From the sequence record OZ413489.1: a stretch of DNA of 64,000 bases. The stretch is one strand, 5' to 3'. The DNA is from a phage. Positions within the stretch are counted from its first letter, which is position 1. Each line of letters begins with the position of its first letter. The notes under the pieces are model-generated. The model made no database searches. It saw nothing but the letters and a program-made list of their open reading frames with translations, and was not told where the DNA came from. The translations under genes and the position numbers were made by a program. This document shows, piece by piece, positions 17,947 through 27,028 of this stretch.

Positions 17947-18210
17947 ATGAAACGTCTTGATCAGCTCAAATTAGTTCAATATATGGCTTATCGTGTTCTT
18001 GAAGTCCAGAAAGGTAGCAAAAAAGAGGTTTGCGAGAAAGCTTATAAGATCTTCACTCGCAAAAAAGATGACTGGATGCTACGCCAGACTAAAAAGGCTG
18101 ACATCTTGGGGTACCTGGAAGAAGAGATCCGCCTTGAAGAGCAAGAAGAGATCCGCCGTAGTGAGGCAGATTATCAGGCAGCTTGGGAAAACTGGATGAG
18201 CAACAAATAA
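17947..18210 (+). CDS. hypothetical protein
   Basis: 87-aa ORF, RBS aagaggtaaa. Confidence 0.6.
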   Translation: MKRLDQLKLVQYMAYRVLEVQKGSKKEVCEKAYKIFTRKKDDWMLRQTKKADILGYLEEEIRLEEQEEIRRSEADYQAAWENWMSNK

Positions 18211-18228
18211 TACAACAAGGTGCACGGT

Positions 18229-18256
18229 CAGGGGCTTAAAGCCCCTTTCTTTTTGT
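18229..18256 (+). terminator. intrinsic terminator closing the + strand block
   Basis: aggggc-ttaaa-gcccct followed by ttctttttg. Confidence 0.65.
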
Positions 18257-18859
18257 CTCCTCTTTTCCTACCACAAATGGCCCCGCCTGGCAAATGGAAT
18301 AATCAACAAGCCAGCAATTAACCCCACTGTACAAACATACATATAAAATAACTATTGCATAATTTTTCATTGTGTGGTAGCAGTGCCATTTTTACACGTT
18401 TTTCCTTCCAAAATTGCACGTAATGCAGCATTTGCACAAAATTTAACCTGATGCATATCTTCAATAGCTTGTCAACAACTAAAAATCTTTATAAGTCATA
18501 CACTTACATAACTACAAAAACGTTTTCTACGTGAAAAATCGAGTATAACTATAGCCGCCAGATCTCAGAATTTACGTACGCTCGCCATTCTATAGCCTGC
18601 TAAGCATTTATTCCAACCATAGAATAACGGAATAGTCAATACCTGCATAAAATAATTATTCGTGTAAACTGCATAACATAAATCGGCCCAGGTGTCAACA
18701 TTTTTCGTAAACAGTCTGGAATTGTCACGTTAGGTTACCATAAGCAGAGAAATCTTTAGTCGTCTAATGTTTACTGTACATTACTATACTGACTGGAATC
18801 ATTAGATGACTAAGAGAAAGATAAGAAATAATTAATAATGTAATTATTTTACCTGTAAC

Positions 18860-19125
18860 AATAAGGCAACTATGCAAACGAATGGCATGGCGCGACGGAG
18901 TCGCGACATAATATAAAAGCAGTAACCATCACCCCCGTGATAGTTTGTCTGCAAACTATTAATCAGATCATAGTTGCCTTGTATTTAGTTAATCATGACA
19001 TGACAAGCAAGGCAACTATAGATCTGCTAATAGTTGCCCTGCTTTTATATTATGTCATGCTAATTATAATCAGTGCGATTATTGTCATGTATAATTATTG
19101 TCATGCAAACGAATGGCATGGCTGA
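18860..19125. repeat. array of aaggcaactat motifs in both orientations plus duplicated gcaaacgaatggcatggc
   Basis: Copies near 18863, 18970 (inverted), 19009, 19031 (inverted variant); 18-mer at 18874 and 19106; cgcgac-ggag-tcgcg palindrome. Confidence 0.6.
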
Positions 19126-19132
19126 TTATCGG

Positions 19133-19230
19133 TGTGTAAACAGTCAATCATGTAAATGGTTAGCATGTGAACAATCAGGAATGTAAACAATCCAGTGTGT
19201 AAACTAATAGGTGTGTAAAAGTGTCATGTT
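19133..19230. repeat. iteron-like array of six tgtaaac-type direct repeats
   Basis: gtgtgtaaacag, atgtaaatgg, atgtgaacaa, aatgtaaacaa, gtgtgtaaact, gtgtgtaaaag at 10-20 bp spacing. Confidence 0.55.
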
Positions 19231-19364
19231 GTGTCAGTTAGGTCACATTATGTCAGACAAGTTTTTCTCCTCTTTGTCAAGTGCTGCATGAAAAATTTAC
19301 AAGCTTGTATGGTAGCATTTTTGCGGCCCTGTTTACATTCAGTAATGTATGTATAATCCTTGTT

Positions 19365-19527
19365 GTGTGGGCGTTTAGACGTCTAGACGGTTGGAAGTCC
19401 ACAGGTCAATATCTAATCTATCGGCTGCTAACTATATCCCACACATGTGTGGGCGTTTAGACGTCTAGACGGTTGGAAGTCCACAGGTCAATATCTAATC
19501 TATCGGCTGCTAACTATATCCCACACA
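19365..19527 (+). repeat. perfect tandem duplication of an 81-bp unit (82-bp period)
   Basis: Unit gtgtgggcg...tagacgtcta...cccacaca twice; 7-bp terminal inverted repeat gtgtggg/cccacac; tataat hexamer at 19351-19356. Confidence 0.8.
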
Positions 19528-19789
19528 AATAGTAAGAAATATGATTGTTATATGCGTAAACTGTAACTCATGTTATCAATCCCTGTATGGATCGCCAGTG
19601 GTGCGCATAATAGGTATTATGTTAAATTGCCCGTAATGATAACAGTTCTCACAATGATAGGTATTCTCATTCATCCACACAAAATAGGTTGCAAATGTTG
19701 TGCCACTGTGTGAACGGCCTGGCCTATTAATTTCTCTCACTGCCTCGATATTTGAGAATTGTTATAAGAATGAGAAGTATTCCCATTCC

Positions 19790-20130
19790 GTCCGCCTGGC
19801 AGCACTCCTGTAGGTCCTGCAAGGACTCTAGCTGAAAGCTAGACCCTTCGGGCCTCCCTGTAGGTCAGGTCAAAATCGTGGTAGAATTGGGCCTGTTCAG
19901 ATATTTCTGGCTGACTCTTCAGGTCTGTGTGGGAAAAGCCAACCTCTCCGGCGGGGCAGGGGGTCATGACGGGAAAATTGCAGGTCAATTAAAAAATTTA
20001 CGTGGTGTATGAAGCGCTCTTCAGGTAAGGCATGTATTATGGGATGAAACCCTCTTCAGGCAATGATATTTGTGGGTGTGATATTTGCTGGAAAGCCAGA
20101 TATGACGGGACTCCCGGCGGGGATGGGGTA
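19790..20130. repeat. GC-rich segment with recurring short motifs
   Basis: ctcttcagg x3 (plus one at 20465), ccggcgggg x2, cctgtaggtc x2, atgacggg x2. Confidence 0.55.
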
Positions 20131-20823
20131 GTACAGACAGGGAAAATATGAGAATGTAGTTGGGGAAATTGATCAGACAGGTAGAGTATGGAATATGTTA
20201 CAAGTATGTTAAATATGGAGGTTGAATATCTGTAGGATTTGTGTGTAAAATCAAAGACTTAAGGGGTGTTGTGGTATTTTCTATAAATAATTCAAGTTTA
20301 ATAGGCAATATTTGTCTCTATCCGCTTTGTGTGGTAAACAGATTCAGATTAGATTGGTTTACAAGTGTATACATAATATACAAATTAAAGATACAAGAAA
20401 CCCCCCTCCCCCTTCGGCTACCATTCACCTTTTCCTCTGACTGGTACTTAAACACTTATTCAGACTCTTCAGGTTATCACCCATATATCATATGGCAGTG
20501 ACTGGTGTCCTCCGGCCCCTCTTTCGTCACCCGTCCGCTTCGCCATGCTAATGCCATAGCCAATGGTTCGGTTGTTCACTCTGTTCACTCAGGTGTATCT
20601 CCATACCCCTTCAAACCGAAGAGAACAGAAAACCCGAATTACTCGGTAAAAGAAAAGAGAAGAACTTAATTTTATCAGGATAGGCAAGAATGTCAAGGCA
20701 TGACTGCTCACTAAACAAGCAAACAGTCATGTGTGGAAGGTAAGTGATTGTGGTGGTGGGAAATTTAGTTGAAAGATGTGTTATAGGTGCTCCCAGCACT
20801 TTAGCCGGGTAGCTAATTGTGTG

Positions 20824-21039
20824 TCAGTCCAGTGGTTCATCACCTACTTCACTGAAATCAATGTTCATGGTCTCCTCCCAACCATCAATCTCAGCACCAG
20901 AGTAGAGATCTTTAGGACTTACTCCCAAAGCATCAGCAACAGAGTCCATATTTAACACCTCTGGCAGGTATGATTCATCGAATTCAAGGTAAATCAGGCC
21001 ACGAGTGTTGTCAGCTCCACCAAATATTTCTATCTTCAT
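20824..21039 (-). CDS. hypothetical acidic protein
   Basis: Start at MKIEIF after aggag RBS; last gene of minus block. Confidence 0.5.
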   Translation of the reverse strand: MKIEIFGGADNTRGLIYLEFDESYLPEVLNMDSVADALGVSPKDLYSGAEIDGWEETMNIDFSEVGDEPLD

Positions 21040-21159
21040 GAAATCTCCTCTGGGAATGAGAGTGTGAACAGGGTTTATACGTTCCAATGCGCTGGAATTA
21101 TGCACGTTTGCCTCTTCAGGCCATGCTTCAGCATGAGGAACCTGTGTGGGCTCGGTGCT

Positions 21160-21372
21160 TCATAGTCTACCACCCCTGAACTCTTCGTGCTCAGGCATAA
21201 TAGAGAACCAGATATCTACGATGTCTTCCCACGTCAGGTCATCAGCCTCAGGATCTACCTGGAGCGAAGATGAAGAATCTTCAGAATCGAAGTTTTCCTC
21301 TTGCACTGGCTCAGTCAAGGGACATATAGTCACTCCTTTGGATGTCTCTTCAGATGCATGTGTGTTTATCAT
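21160..21372 (-). CDS. hypothetical acidic protein
   Basis: 70-aa ORF; start overlaps stop of upstream small ORF. Confidence 0.35.
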   Translation of the reverse strand: MINTHASEETSKGVTICPLTEPVQEENFDSEDSSSSLQVDPEADDLTWEDIVDIWFSIMPEHEEFRGGRL

Positions 21373-21470
21373 GTTCCACCCGTGAGTATTCCGGCAACAG
21401 CTGCTATGGACGTAATGATCATCAGGATCACCACTAAAACTTCGGACAATGTTCTCATTGTGTACTCCAT
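21369..21470 (-). CDS. small membrane peptide (33 aa)
   Basis: Hydrophobic LVVILMIITSIAAVAGIL; ATGA coupling to next gene; no clear RBS. Confidence 0.25.
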   Translation of the reverse strand: MEYTMRTLSEVLVVILMIITSIAAVAGILTGGT

Positions 21471-21732
21471 ATTCTACAAACTATGTGTGGATACTATCAC
21501 TGGATCGGTAATGTGTCAACAGAAACGCCGCGAGGGTTTGGTTAAAATCCGAGCGTATGGTGATTTGGGTCAAAACGGACGTGCGTTCTCGCTACGCTCG
21601 AAATATGGAGTTGTTTGTAGGGAGCTCTTAAACGCTCTGTAATGAAATTAACTACCCAAGGTATGCAATCGTGCACCAGACAAAGAAAAGGACGCCACAG
21701 AGCGTCCTAGGTGTCTTAAATTTGATATTTTG

Positions 21733-22044
21733 CTATACCCACGAGGGCTTATCAAGGTTGGAGTAGCTGAAAGGTGTCAAAAGGTGACTGTCAAAATCTC
21801 TCAAACTATCCAAATCTTTTTCCTCGTCCTGACACCATCTGTGCCTACATTTGTTGTTGTAGTGCATGGAATGCATAGCGTTCTGCAACTTAACAGGCAC
21901 AAGTGATTCAGGAGTAGATAGTATTGTTGGGTATGCCAGAACCACCTCAAACAGTGGAAACACATCGAAACTAAAGTCTACCTCTGCAGAGGTTGATGGC
22001 ATATAGGAGTATTTAGCCGCCTTTGTAGACATAATCCACCTCAC
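21733..22044 (-). CDS. hypothetical protein
   Basis: 103-aa ORF. Confidence 0.55.
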   Translation of the reverse strand: MRWIMSTKAAKYSYMPSTSAEVDFSFDVFPLFEVVLAYPTILSTPESLVPVKLQNAMHSMHYNNKCRHRWCQDEEKDLDSLRDFDSHLLTPFSYSNLDKPSWV

Positions 22045-22373
22045 ACAGGTTTGATAATACCTTCACCGAATAGCTCTTCGTATCTAATCTTGTCCGGATC
22101 CCACTCCTGTATAATTTCGAAGACAATATCCAACCCAGGAACAATCACTTCTCCAGTGTCAAGCTTAGCAAGAACAAAACCGGAAGGTTGAATGGTTTCC
22201 CAGTTACGGCGATCAGAATAAAATACTTCGAAAATATCACCAACCTCAATCCGTTTCTGTTGCTCAAGATGCTGAAGGTTCTCTTTCATACGGATGCAGC
22301 GTATTTTTCGTGCAGGCCATAGACCACCTGCATCACGTTCATTCAATTCTTTTACAGTGATCGGTATACCCAT
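22041..22373 (-). CDS. hypothetical protein
   Basis: 110-aa ORF. Confidence 0.6.
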   Translation of the reverse strand: MGIPITVKELNERDAGGLWPARKIRCIRMKENLQHLEQQKRIEVGDIFEVFYSDRRNWETIQPSGFVLAKLDTGEVIVPGLDIVFEIIQEWDPDKIRYEELFGEGIIKPV

Positions 22374-22428
22374 CTCAAGTCTCCTTCATGGATAGTAAAA
22401 AGAGGGGCCTAAGCCCCCCTCTTTGTCA

Positions 22429-22734
22429 TTATTCTACAGAGCGTTTGAACAGAATGTCTGCCTCAGACATGTGCTCAACCTCTTCTTCGATTTTAGCTCG
22501 ACGTTTTTCAGCCTCATATCGAATATCGAACTCGGTAGCCACCAGAGATTTGATGAATTTAGGAGAATACAGATGATCCTGCTTCTCAACAAGAATGATA
22601 TCCTTGATGGCATCTTTCAAATCTTTAATCTGAAGCTGGAGTTCCACCAGTTCTTCAATTGTTTTGCGAAGGCGATCACGTTCTGCAGTGTCAGAAGGAA
22701 GAGAGGTGAACAGTTCAACTTTAGATTTAGCCAT
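22429..22734 (-). CDS. coiled-coil hypothetical protein
   Basis: 101-aa ORF, charged heptad-like sequence. Confidence 0.6.
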   Translation of the reverse strand: MAKSKVELFTSLPSDTAERDRLRKTIEELVELQLQIKDLKDAIKDIILVEKQDHLYSPKFIKSLVATEFDIRYEAEKRRAKIEEEVEHMSEADILFKRSVE

Positions 22735-22762
22735 AGTAAGAGTCTCCTTATGTTGTTTTAAA

Positions 22763-23014
22763 TTAACGTTCTACAAAAATACCGTTCAGTTCAATAACCA
22801 GGAATTTCTGGTCTTCACTATCGTCTCGTGCCAGCACCTCACAGACGTATCGGTCATCCCCATCATCATCGCAGTCAAATACAAGACTGAGGACTTTATC
22901 ATGGTAAACCTTCGCCACTACCGCCTCGTAAGTATTGCCGATTGTGAATCCAAGATAATCTCCGATGCATTTGACAACAACATGGTCTCCAGCATTTAAG
23001 TCAATCTTCGTCAT
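22763..23014 (-). CDS. hypothetical protein
   Basis: Start at MTKIDL after aaggag RBS; track ORF extended to 23080. Confidence 0.55.
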   Translation of the reverse strand: MTKIDLNAGDHVVVKCIGDYLGFTIGNTYEAVVAKVYHDKVLSLVFDCDDDGDDRYVCEVLARDDSEDQKFLVIELNGIFVER

Positions 23015-23169
23015 TACTGCGCTCCTTGGGTAATAATACTGTATGTAAAACTTTAACCAGAGATGTGAATAACGCCCCAAAACACACCGATAGCGCTAAA
23101 ACAGACAAGGCCATCATTAAAGCTTCAGTAAAATCCGTCATTCCTCACCTCTTGTTAGTCACTATACTA

Positions 23170-23433
23170 TCATTTATCCTTGTCGTCAAGAACTTTTTTA
23201 AATCTTTCAGGGATATCTCCCGTTCTTAGATAGTTCATGACCTCGCAAGGTTCCCACTTGAATTTCTTACAGAGCAGGGCGGCTGAGATTGTTTCATTGC
23301 GAAAAGAAAGGATATTAATATCCCACTCTGAGAACCCCAACTTCCGAAGGGTAGCTACAGAAATCCTCACCGCAACCCAGCAGCAAAAACATGCAACAAA
23401 CGCCACTGCTACAACCCACATCAGGATGTTCAT
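23170..23433 (-). CDS. membrane protein (N-terminal TM)
   Basis: MNILMWVVAVAFVACFCCWVAV hydrophobic N-terminus. Confidence 0.55.
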   Translation of the reverse strand: MNILMWVVAVAFVACFCCWVAVRISVATLRKLGFSEWDINILSFRNETISAALLCKKFKWEPCEVMNYLRTGDIPERFKKVLDDKDK

Positions 23434-23522
23434 ATAAGCACCTTACTGAAATACAAGACACAGTGTTAAGGTTACTGACCAGCAAATAATTAACAGTGCC
23501 GTTGCAACCTTGGCAAGATTTA

Positions 23523-23810
23523 TCATAGTGCCTCTAAGATTTCATATCCTTCGGGTCGGAATACAAGCCACTCCGTGGCTCCGTTTGGTCGATACGCTTT
23601 ATACAGAACAACCTGATCTCGGCACATGCACATGGCTACATAGTTTTCATCCACACCTGCAGCCTGCATTGCATCTTCTTCTCCGGCAACCGCTTTGCTT
23701 ACAACTTCCTTGGTAGGCAGGTGTGCGATCAGCTCGTCACCATCATTAATTCCAAAATGGCTGAGTTCTCCATTGGTATCTTTGATCTTAATCTTAACCA
23801 GATCTTTCAT
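23523..23810 (-). CDS. hypothetical protein
   Basis: 95-aa ORF. Confidence 0.6.
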   Translation of the reverse strand: MKDLVKIKIKDTNGELSHFGINDGDELIAHLPTKEVVSKAVAGEEDAMQAAGVDENYVAMCMCRDQVVLYKAYRPNGATEWLVFRPEGYEILEAL

Positions 23811-24139
23811 TAGTCTTTCTCCAGGTTCAAAGGTCCTAAGATTTCATATGCCAGATTAGAAGTTACAAGAGGGTCTTCTGCGTCTTTAGTATTATACCAC
23901 CCGTGAATAACCAGAGTCCCACTTTGTTTCATGTCCAACTGTAACTCTTCTGCCGTTTCCTCATCCAGCTCCAAGATTTCCATAAGGTATTTGATGTTAG
24001 GGAGGTATGCAGCTGTTACAGTCCCCTCTACCAGACCTTCAGGCCAACCTACATCTGGATGACAAGTAGGAACCAGGTTGGTCAGCTTAATGGTGTACGC
24101 TTTTTCTGCACGAGCCTTCAGTAACGGGTCAATCTTCAT
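23810..24139 (-). CDS. hypothetical acidic protein
   Basis: 109-aa ORF, coupled. Confidence 0.6.
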   Translation of the reverse strand: MKIDPLLKARAEKAYTIKLTNLVPTCHPDVGWPEGLVEGTVTAAYLPNIKYLMEILELDEETAEELQLDMKQSGTLVIHGWYNTKDAEDPLVTSNLAYEILGPLNLEKD

Positions 24140-24489
24140 TATTCGTCCTCCTCTTCGGTACCTGCTTCCAGTAATAAGTTAAGAATATCTTCTGCACAAG
24201 GCTCATAGAACTCTTGGCCTTCATTATCGATGATTTTATAGTCATCTCCACGAATAATCAGGGGATCACTCTCAAAATTATCGAGACCTTTAACAACGAC
24301 AACACGATCGATTGCCATCATTGTAAGAACTTTATCGACATCTTCCTCTGCTACACCATACTGCAGCAGAATGTCTTTGGTAGGAGGAACAGCATCCACC
24401 ACAACGCCGTTACCAAAACCTTCTGGAAGTTTAGCTAAAATATCTTCCGGAACCACATTCACATCAAAACCGGTAATTTCTACTTTCAT
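24139..24489 (-). CDS. hypothetical acidic protein (MKVEITG family)
   Basis: 116-aa ORF. Confidence 0.6.
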   Translation of the reverse strand: MKVEITGFDVNVVPEDILAKLPEGFGNGVVVDAVPPTKDILLQYGVAEEDVDKVLTMMAIDRVVVVKGLDNFESDPLIIRGDDYKIIDNEGQEFYEPCAEDILNLLLEAGTEEEDE

Positions 24490-24750
24490 TTACAGCACCT
24501 CTTCGTCAACTACTTCATAAAAATGGCCTGGGATTGCAATAGCGTTCTCACCTTCACCTACAAACACAGTTCCGTCAAGAATCAACATCATAAGAATTTC
24601 TGTAATATCCTCTTCCGGAACGTTGCCAAAACCTTTAATCAGCTCGTAGGTTGGAATATTTACCTCTAAGATGTCACCATCTTTAGAACGGAAATCAACA
24701 CCGTCCTGAATCTCTGCCGTTTCAAGGTTTTTCAATTTAATCTTCATCAA
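24490..24750 (-). CDS. hypothetical acidic protein (MKIKL family)
   Basis: 86-aa ORF. Confidence 0.6.
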   Translation of the reverse strand: MMKIKLKNLETAEIQDGVDFRSKDGDILEVNIPTYELIKGFGNVPEEDITEILMMLILDGTVFVGEGENAIAIPGHFYEVVDEEVL

Positions 24751-24826
24751 TCGGTCTCCTGTCTTGTTAAGATGAAGGTATTATTTCACACAGGGTTGGC
24801 GTTGTCAACACCTGTGTGCAAGAAAA

Positions 24827-25222
24827 TTACTGAAACAGTGCGGATAAATTACCTTCTGGTGGGAACTTATCTGCCAAAAACGGTGTTAGCACAGTAGCCC
24901 TCTGAAGATCTGGGGTCCACTCGTTGTTCAGAACATCCCAGTAGTACGCAATGTTGCTGTGTGGGTGCCGCATTACGAACTTTTTCCCTTCGTAGTCATC
25001 TGAAACCTCTACAGAAGAAATAACAACAGAATCTTCAAGGGTTTCTTCATAGAAAGATCCACCTTCAAATTTCCAACGAGATGCAAGAGCCCCTGCCTTG
25101 AACGCTGCAGATAACGGACTGTCGGCAAGAACATACATTTCTTGCACTCTGTCGCTGCGATCTTTGCTTCTTACGTTGTATACAGTATCTGAGCTATACT
25201 CAACACGGTATAGGCTTACCAT
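24827..25222 (-). CDS. hypothetical protein, paralog of 27029..27427
   Basis: Shared HP(H/D)S...YW...W TP block. Confidence 0.65.
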   Translation of the reverse strand: MVSLYRVEYSSDTVYNVRSKDRSDRVQEMYVLADSPLSAAFKAGALASRWKFEGGSFYEETLEDSVVISSVEVSDDYEGKKFVMRHPHSNIAYYWDVLNNEWTPDLQRATVLTPFLADKFPPEGNLSALFQ

Positions 25223-25554
25223 TACCGAACCTCCTCAATAACTTCCACATCTGAACCTACCACAAATGCAAAAGGACAGGTTTCATGAAAGATATCCGGA
25301 TCGCCGCCAAGCTTGCTAACAATTTCTCCACCACTAATAAACACAAGCTCACCGATATTCATCAGATTGCTGAAATAGTACCCATAATGATTAAAGAATG
25401 CAGCAGGGTCAGGTAGACTAGTAGCCTCAAGCACTACATCGGTTGAGGTTACTTTCTTATCATAACCTCTCGCCTTTTGAGATGCAAGATCTGCAGAATC
25501 CTCAGGCGACCGGAGATGCACAGGAATTGTTTCACCAATAAAGCGTACTTTCAT
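25222..25554 (-). CDS. hypothetical protein
   Basis: ATG start at MKVRFIGE; track start is TTG. Confidence 0.55.
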   Translation of the reverse strand: MKVRFIGETIPVHLRSPEDSADLASQKARGYDKKVTSTDVVLEATSLPDPAAFFNHYGYYFSNLMNIGELVFISGGEIVSKLGGDPDIFHETCPFAFVVGSDVEVIEEVR

Positions 25555-25558
25555 ATTA

Positions 25559-25822
25559 TCACCCAACAACCATAGCTTCAAAAGGAGTCATGAACGAATA
25601 AACGGCATCATCATCTGCTTCAGGGAATGCTCCCAAAGACTTCATATCTGAGCCCTTGACAAATACAAGGTTTTGATCAAAGGCTTCTTGGGGGTCAATC
25701 CGATACATATTTCGTAAAATATCGCTTACCTCCTCATCAAGAGGTGAGTATGCTGTGCACGTTTTTCCGATCAAGCTTTGAGAATCAGGGTATCCACCTG
25801 AAGTTTTAAAATAAACAATCAT
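25559..25822 (-). CDS. hypothetical protein
   Basis: 87-aa ORF. Confidence 0.6.
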   Translation of the reverse strand: MIVYFKTSGGYPDSQSLIGKTCTAYSPLDEEVSDILRNMYRIDPQEAFDQNLVFVKGSDMKSLGAFPEADDDAVYSFMTPFEAMVVG

Positions 25823-25913
25823 ATAGTATCACCTCTGGTAAGAGATTGGGACTCCTTTCCCACAAATAATTACAAATCTTCCTTAGCGAGGAAGTATGCT
25901 AATCCAAGCAGGA

Positions 25914-26183
25914 TTATTCCTCTACAATCTCATACACATCAGGAGTTACAATCAACTCTTCTCCGTTACCCGGTGCAACAAACACCACCAAACCTTCAGG
26001 TGTGTGCTTTTTAGCCATCTCGATAACATCTTCTCGCAGAGCTGGCTCCATCAGATCAAAACCTTCACCTAGGGCATCACGAACCACCTTCATATAGTCC
26101 ACTGGTTGTGCTTCAACAATCATGCCTTCAACCAGTCCACAATTTTTGTCTGCCAGCTCAGTTTGGAATAATTTAATTTTCAT
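25914..26183 (-). CDS. hypothetical acidic protein (MKIKLF family)
   Basis: 89-aa ORF. Confidence 0.6.
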   Translation of the reverse strand: MKIKLFQTELADKNCGLVEGMIVEAQPVDYMKVVRDALGEGFDLMEPALREDVIEMAKKHTPEGLVVFVAPGNGEELIVTPDVYEIVEE

Positions 26184-26320
26184 TTAGAGGTCTCCTCAAT
26201 TATTTGATATTAATAGCCGTAACCTAACACATTAACTACAACTGCGATTGCAAACATAATTTCAAAGCATGCAATCTCTACATTTGGGACTAATTTCTTA
26301 ATCACACCCATTGTAGCACC

Positions 26321-26638
26321 TCATTCTCCAAAGTCAATCTTTACTTTGCCTTTCCCCTTACCTTTCTTTCCACCGCATTTAGCCAGCTGACGTGCTGCAA
26401 CATCTACCATACGGTCAGTTGCCTCGTAAGCATCACTGCCTTTAGCCTTGGCAATAACTTCTTTTCCAGAATTGTCAAAAATGAACGCCATAACTTCCTG
26501 GTGATCATTTTCAACTTTTACACTCACACGTGCATAGTTGGCAGAGGGATGCAAACGCTCCAACTTAGACATTTTGTGGGAAATGAAAGACACCATACCT
26601 TCAGTGATTTCTACGTTGCCAGTGATTTCAATTTGCAT
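26321..26638 (-). CDS. ribosome hibernation promoting factor / RaiA (YfiA) family homolog
   Basis: MQIEITGNVEITEGM...KVE...AKAKGSDAYEATDRMVDVAARQLAK aligns by eye with E. coli HPF (MQLNITGNNVEITEAL...ASAEGQDMYAAIDGLIDKLARQLTK); Lys/Gly-rich C-terminal tail. Confidence 0.7.
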   Translation of the reverse strand: MQIEITGNVEITEGMVSFISHKMSKLERLHPSANYARVSVKVENDHQEVMAFIFDNSGKEVIAKAKGSDAYEATDRMVDVAARQLAKCGGKKGKGKGKVKIDFGE

Positions 26639-26720
26639 AACGTGTTCCTTTTAAAGAAGAGGGAACCGAACCCTCTTTGAAAACAATGATACTAAATCTG
26701 AAGCGTTGTGTCAACAGTTT

Positions 26721-27011
26721 TTACAGATTGTTGTCGATAGTTTTTAAAATATCCACAGCAAGATCTGCCATTTTTCGAACATACTCTGCAAACTCAACAG
26801 GATCCTTGATCAAAGAATTCACAGGGTCGTACCCTAGAGCGTTCAAAATGGCTGCAGCATCTACAACCTTCTCATCATTTGCGAAGATCTCTCCATCAAA
26901 CTTGTAGGTCCATTTTGAGTCAATCTTGGCAGGGAATGATTGGTCAACGCTTGTTACACCATCCTTTTTAAACGCTCCGGTGTTATCAGTGTCTAGAACT
27001 AAATCCATCAT
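26721..27011 (-). CDS. hypothetical protein
   Basis: 96-aa ORF. Confidence 0.6.
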   Translation of the reverse strand: MMDLVLDTDNTGAFKKDGVTSVDQSFPAKIDSKWTYKFDGEIFANDEKVVDAAAILNALGYDPVNSLIKDPVEFAEYVRKMADLAVDILKTIDNNL

Positions 27012-27028
27012 GTTAGTACCTCACCGTT

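Noticed and set aside
18937-19125. 62-aa + strand ORF with hydrophobic translation
   Set aside because: Lies wholly within the motif array; hydrophobicity reflects T-rich repeats; no RBS.
19365-19527. Possible CRISPR array
   Set aside because: Only two units, directly abutting with no spacers, 81-bp unit length, and no cas genes in the window.
20241-20799. ORFs 20241..20501 (+) and 20611..20799 (-) in the non-coding hub
   Set aside because: No RBS, odd composition, embedded in repeat and GC-rich sequence.
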